DNA from: Chiloscyllium plagiosum
Taxonomy: Eukaryota
DNA length: 51,562 nucleotides
NCBI RefSeq assembly: GCF_004010195.1
Contig: NC_057753.1
Coordinates: 3,751,514 to 3,803,075 of the forward strand
Direction of reading: 5' to 3'
The position numbers and the translations under genes were made by a program. The notes beneath the pieces are model-generated. The model was not told where the DNA came from and ran no database searches. It worked only from the letters and a program-made list of their open reading frames with translations. Below, piece after piece: positions 46,271 through 51,562 of the stretch (its first letter is position 1; each line of letters starts with the position of its first letter).

Positions 46271-46998
46271 TGTTACCACACGGGTAGACCCCTCTGCTAA
46301 TTTAAACCCGACACACAGAAAAGGTTCACCCCATGCTGTAATCTGTGAAAATTCAAGGGTGCCAAGACCTATCCCAAAGGTCACTATTTAAAGTAAAAAT
46401 TAACAACTTTTTGAAAAAAGTCTAACAACGAATAGTTGTTAGATAGTTTAGAGAAAGGAGTGTGGTGCTGGAAAAGCGCAGCAGGCCAGGCAGCATCCGA
46501 GGAGTGAATCCGGGGGTTGGGACTGAGATAAGGTGGGGGGAGGGGAAATGAGGAAGCTGGAGAAATCTACATTCATCCCATGTGGTTGGAGGGTTCCTAG
46601 GCGGGAGATGAGGCACCCTTCCTCCAGGCGCCATGTGGCCAGGGTCTGGCGATGGAGGAGGCCAAGGACCTGCATATCCTTGGCAAAGTGGGAGGGGGAG
46701 TTAAAGTCACGCCTCCCTGTTCCCATCCTATCATAAGCCGATTACCTCACTTGGTAGCTATTTTCTTATCTGGCCATCCTGCTGTCCTTGTCTGCATTCT
46801 TTGTTCCTTGTTTGTTACAGCTTGTTCCTGTATCCAGTTTCTCTTATCATACTGTAAGCTTTATTGTGAAATGCCTCTGTTGCTTCTTTTTGTGGTCAGC
46901 TACAACCCTTTAAAGTTATTCCCTAGCTTAAAACTATTTTCTTTAAAAGACCCTCTATATTCATTAAAGTCTTAGCCTTAAGTATGCGACAGGCTACA
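46271..46998 (-). mobile_element. LTR related to 15336-17923, interrupted by a PLE fragment (46450-46710)
   Basis: 46271-46410 resembles the reverse complement of 17790-17923; the insert encodes RLEEGCLISRLGTLQPHGMNVDFS (PLE endonuclease end). Confidence 0.55.
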
Positions 46999-47049
46999 AG
47001 AATTAACACCCCCCCCTCCCCCCACCTGCAACAACAACATTTCTAATCT

Positions 47050-47305
47050 CCCACACCGCCAATAAAGATGACGGCCTTTTCCCCATTCCTGGCTCTGGGA
47101 GGCCAGAGGCGGACTTGGGCAAAGATGGCGACTGGGCATGCGCTCTCTGAATCACGGCGGCAGCAAGTCGTCACGGCGCATGCTCCCGGTCTCCCTGGAG
47201 CTGACAGGTGTGAATGACGTCGTTCTCGACCAATAGGAAGCGGGGCTGTCCTCCAGCCGATGGGAGAGGACAGGGGGCGGTGCTGAGCCTGGATCAGCGC
47301 GAGGA
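47050..47305. promoter_or_regulatory. Third CpG-island promoter, paralogous to the 34.8-kb promoter
   Basis: YY1 aagatggcg (~47122), NRF1-like gcatgcgc, CRE tgacgtc (~47215), ccaataggaag (~47229), GC box. Confidence 0.7.
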
Positions 47306-47339
47306 GAGTTGCATGCTGTCAGTATTGACAACATTGCAA

Positions 47340-48685
47340 AATCATACAGCACTAGGTCATGGTGCAACAGGTTCACTGGGAAGCACTAGCTTTCAGAGCA
47401 CTGCTCCTTTGTCAGTAAGCTAGTGGGACAAGGTACATTGGACACCGAATTTATAATGAAAAGATCAAAGCCTCATACGACTAATAGAATAGAAGAATCC
47501 CTATAGTGTGGGAACAGGTCCTTCAGCCCAACAAGTCCACACTGGCCCTCCGAAGAGTATCCTATCCAAACCCCTGACTAATGCACCTAACCCACAATTA
47601 TCCCTGACTAATGCACCTAACCCTACACATCGCTGAACACTATATGGGCAGTTTAGTACTGTCAATCCACCCTAACCTGCACATCTTTGGACTGTGGGAG
47701 GAAAGCAGAGCACCGGGGGGAAACCCACACAGGCAGTGGTCCAAGGCTGGAATCAAACCCAGGTCTTTGGCGCTGTGAGGTAGCAGTGCTAACCACTGAT
47801 CCACCATGCAGCTAACTTATTAGACTAACCTAGATTGCTGTTAAGTATTTAATCACTTGGAAATGGAGGTGCAAGTTTCGATTGATTAATATGGAAATCT
47901 TAGAATTTCTTTCAAATCACTACACTGAGATAACTTTTATCAGTAAATTGTAAAAAGGTGATATCACCGTGCATGAAAGGTGTGTGCTCAGAGTCTGTCT
48001 ATGTCCCATCCTAGCATCAGACTGGTTTTATTTTCCAAAGGAGGTATTTGTAAAATGTCACATTGACTGCTTACAGATTGTGTGCTTTTTGAACAAAATA
48101 CTATGCATCTGCAAATACAAATCTGCAATTGCAGATTCATCCCGTTGACACGTGTGTGTGCGTGCATGAGAGAGAGTGTGTGTGTGTCTGCTTGAGACAG
48201 CATGTGTGAAAGTGTGACAGATTGTATTCCTGCGAAAGGGTGCGTGTGTGTGTGAGAGAGTGAGTGAGTGAGTGCGCGAGAGTGTAAGTGTGGTGGGGCC
48301 ATCTATAGTGTGATATGAACCCAAGATCCTGGTTGAGGCTGTCCTGATGGGTACAAAACTTGGCTATCAGCCTCTGATCAACTCCGTGTTGTTGCGTGAC
48401 CCAGAGTCCGCCTTGGAGGACATTGACCGGGCGCTCCAAGGCCGAATGTCTTTGACTGCTGAAGTGTTCCCCCACTGGGAGGGAACATCCCTATCTGGCA
48501 ATTGTTACACGGTGTCCATTCATCTGTTGTCATAGTGTCTGCTTGGTTTCCCCATTGCACCATACCTCAGGGCATCCTTGCCTGCAGCGAATGTGACAGA
48601 CCGCGTTGACCGAGTCACATGAGTACCCAGTGCACACGTTGTGGGTGGTGTCCCTACATATAATGGTAGTGTCCTTCTTGATGCT
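47340..48685 (-). mobile_element. Penelope-like element 3' part (GIY-YIG plus family-B terminus) with nested HE1
   Basis: Minus GEHFSSQRHS..VNVLQGGL..DQRLIAKFCTHQDSLNQDLGFISHY; CA/GA microsatellite; degenerate hammerhead at ~47383-47415. Confidence 0.85.
47487..47808 (-). mobile_element. HE1-type V-SINE
   Basis: Reverse-complement copy with an internal deletion and a short duplication. Confidence 0.85.
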
Positions 48686-49399
48686 GCTATGGACCCTCAA
48701 AACATTTCACGAAGGTAGCCCAGACCCTAGCATTTCTAGTTGTTTTGAGCGAGAGTTAAGTGGATATTCCTGGAGTGATGCAGTTCGTCAAAACCTCTCA
48801 GTTCGTCAAAACCTCTCAGTTTTGAACGAAACAGAATTTATTTACAGAGTGCTGAATGAAACGTATACAAACAAAAACAGAATACAGAATAACCTATCCG
48901 AAATCCCAGTAGAATTTCCCAACTTAATGATGCTGTTGCAAACTCCTGTAAAGATCCCCATGAACAAAAACGTTGAGATCAAACACAGCGTCTCACAGGA
49001 GAAGGAGAGGGATGGCAGAGTGTGGAAGTAAGTCGGACCAGATTTGACACAAAATGTCCGTGGAAGCCATTTTGTCACAAGCAACCTTTGCAGTGAGATA
49101 CAGACTGCTAATCCTACTGTTAGAAACTGACTTAAGGAATTTGTTTTGATAAAATGTCCTGGCAGCTGCAAGTCATCTCAGTCCCCCGGCCCCTTAGACA
49201 CAGGCGCTGCTTTCATAGATGATGTCCTGTCCGTTACACTACTTATCTGTTCCTGTCCAGTTCAAACCTCCAGTATGAGATAGCATTCACTTCTGTAGAC
49301 GTTAAAAAAATGTAGGGCTGTGAAATGTATGTACGAACTAACAGTTTACCTTGCAACTGCCGCTAGGCTGCGTAATTAATGGGCAGTGGGCTTGTGATA

Positions 49400-50322
49400 A
49401 CACTCAACATTGGAGCCCCCCCAGAGATGTGTACTCAGCCTCCTACTGTACTCACTGTATACCCATGACTGCATCGCCAAATACCAGACTAATGTCATTT
49501 ACACATTCGCTGATGACACCACCATAGTCTGCGACGAAACAGATTACAGACGGGAGGTGGAACCACCTGAAAAAATGGTGCACTGAGAACAACCTAGCTC
49601 TCAATGCCGGCAAAACCAAGGAACTCATTATTGACTTTCAGCGGGATGTTACTCATGCCCCCCTACACATCAACAGCACAGAGAGTGTCAAGCTCCTGGG
49701 AGTGGTCATCCTCAGCAAGCTTTCTTGGACTCTTCATGTGGACACCCTGGTTACAAAGGCCCAACAATGTTTCTTCTTCCCCAGGCAGCTGAGGAAATTT
49801 GGTATGATGGCGAATACCCTTGCCAACTTTTATAGGTGCGCCAGCGAGAGCCATTCTGTCTGGATGTATCACTACGGTATGGCAAATGTACCATTCAAGA
49901 TTAGAGATTGTTACAGAGAGTGTGGTGAACTCGGCCCGGACAATCACAAAGACCAACCTCCCATCTATAGAATCCATCTACCAGGCCCGCTGTCAAGGAA
50001 AGGCCGCCAGCATTCTCAAAGATCCATCCCACCCTGGCAATGTTTTTCTACAGCCTCTACCATCGGGGAGAAGGTACAGAAGCCTGAATACATACACCAA
50101 CCGGTGTCGAAACAGTTTCTCCCCTACTGTTGTTAGAATGCTGAACGGTCTCACAAACTCTTAACATTCACCTGTACCTATGTTTTTGTTTTTGCTGCTG
50201 TTTCCCTATTATTTACTATCTGTGCTACTTAACTCTGTGAATCTGCCTGTATTGCTCACAAGACAAAACTTTTCACTGTGCCTCGGTACACGTGACAATA
50301 AATTCAATTCAATTCAATTCAA
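49400..50322 (+). mobile_element. Rex1/Babar LINE RT and 3' end
   Basis: GAP..CVLS / LLYSLYTHDC / FADDTTIV, LNAGKTKELIIDF, KAQQCFFFPRQLRKF; (aattc)n tail. Confidence 0.88.
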
Positions 50323-50499
50323 TTGATTGGAGAGGAGGCAAGTAGAACAGACAGTGGAACAGCAATGGCAGGAGTTTATGGGAGTAATTCAGGAGAGACA
50401 ATAGAGATTCATCCTGAGGAAAAAGAAGTGTGGGAAGATGAGGCAATCAGAGAACAATACAACGCAGAACAGGCCCTCCTGAATACTTGGAAGTGTATG

Positions 50500-50842
50500 A
50501 TATTGGGCTACATCAGCATGGTTTCACCAAGTGGAGGTCATGCCTGACAAAGCTGCTAGAATTCTTTGAGGAAGTAACAAGCATGATAGATCAAAGAGAG
50601 CCAGTGGGTGTCGTCTATCTGGACTTCAAGAAGGCCTTTGACAAGGTGCCACACAGGAGGCTACTGAGTAAGATAAGGGGCCATGCTGTCAGAGGCAAGG
50701 TATTAACATGGATAGAAGCTTAGCTGTCTGGCAGAAAGCAGAGAGTGGGGATAAAAGGGTCCTTCTCAAGATGGCAGCCGGTGACAAGGGGTGTTTCGCA
50801 AGGCTCAGTGTTGGGGCCACAATTTTTCACTTTATGCATTTA
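50500..50842 (+). mobile_element. CR1 RT fragment
   Basis: QHGFTKWRSCLTKLLEFFE..VVYLDFKKAFDKVPH; GVSQGSVLGP. Confidence 0.9.
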
Positions 50843-51562
50843 CATAGAACATAGAACAGTACAGCACAGAACAGGCCCTTCAGCCCACGATGTTGTGCCG
50901 ACCACTGATCCTCATGTATGCACCCTCAAATTTCTGTGACCATATGTATGTCGAGGAGTCTCTTAAATGTCCCCAATGACCCTGCCTCCACAACTGCTGC
51001 TGGCAACGCATTCCATGCTCTCACAACTCTCTGTGTAAAGAACCCGCCTCTGACATGCCCTCTATACTTTTCTTCAACCAGCTAAAAACTATGACCCCTC
51101 GTGTTCGTAATTTCTGCCTTGGGAAATAGTCTCTGGCTATCGACTCTATCTCTGCCTCTCATTACCTTGTATACGCTATCGACTCTATCTCTGCCTCTCA
51201 TTACCTTGTATACCTCAATTAGATCCCCTCTTCTCCTTTTCTCCAATGAAAAAAGTCCAAGCTCAGTCAACCTCTCCTCATAAGATAAGCCCTCCAGTCC
51301 AGGCAGCATCCTGGTAAACCTCTTCTGAACCCGCTCCAAAGCATCCACATCTTTTTTATAATAGGGCGATCAGAACTGGACGCAGTATTCCAAGTGCGGT
51401 CTAACCAAAGTTTTATAGAGATGCAACAAGATCTCATGACTCTTAAACTCAATACCCCTGTTAATGAAAGCCAAAACACCATATGATTTCTTAACAACCC
51501 TGTCCACTTGGGTAGCCATTTTAAGGGATCTATGTACCTGCACCCCAAGATCCCTCTGTTCC
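50843..51562 (-). mobile_element. Young CR1 3' portion, same subfamily as 16734-17504
   Basis: DALERVQKRFTRMLPGLEGLSYEERL; runs off the end of the window. Confidence 0.9.

Noticed and set aside
48700..49350. LTR-like segment and 141-aa ORF 48606-49031
   Set aside because: No clear termini, TSD or protein motif could be fixed by eye.
51136..51213. Exact 39-bp in-frame tandem duplication (VYKVMRGRDRVDS x2)
   Set aside because: Real, but inside a frameshifted CR1 copy; simple slippage or an assembly artefact.

Overview
Repeat-dense vertebrate genomic DNA, almost certainly from an elasmobranch (shark), because it carries about 12 HE1-type V-SINE copies and many CR1/HER1-type LINEs. The window is part of a C2H2 zinc-finger gene cluster with two intact, convergent genes whose CDSs each lie in one exon and carry no recognisable effector domain: 13 fingers at 10922-12121 (+) and 6 intact fingers at 25315-25995 (-). 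Two decayed ZNF remnants lie at about 4.7 kb (+) and 44.4 kb (-). Three CpG-island promoters (about 7.5, 34.7 and 47.2 kb) share sequence grammar. Most notable: a ~45-bp unit with an extended YY1 site (GCCATCTTTGTNGGGGGCA) occurs as a pair at two promoters and has expanded into a ~16-copy tandem array at 35.1-35.9 kb. Penelope-like element (PLE) ends throughout the window carry minimal hammerhead-ribozyme motifs of four co-varying families, often as head-to-head mini-palindromes. The rest is CR1, L2, Rex1/Babar, RTE, DeuSINE-like and solo-LTR debris, plus one 859-nt assembly gap. All calls were made by eye; repeat boundaries are approximate (tens of bp) and no database searches were run.
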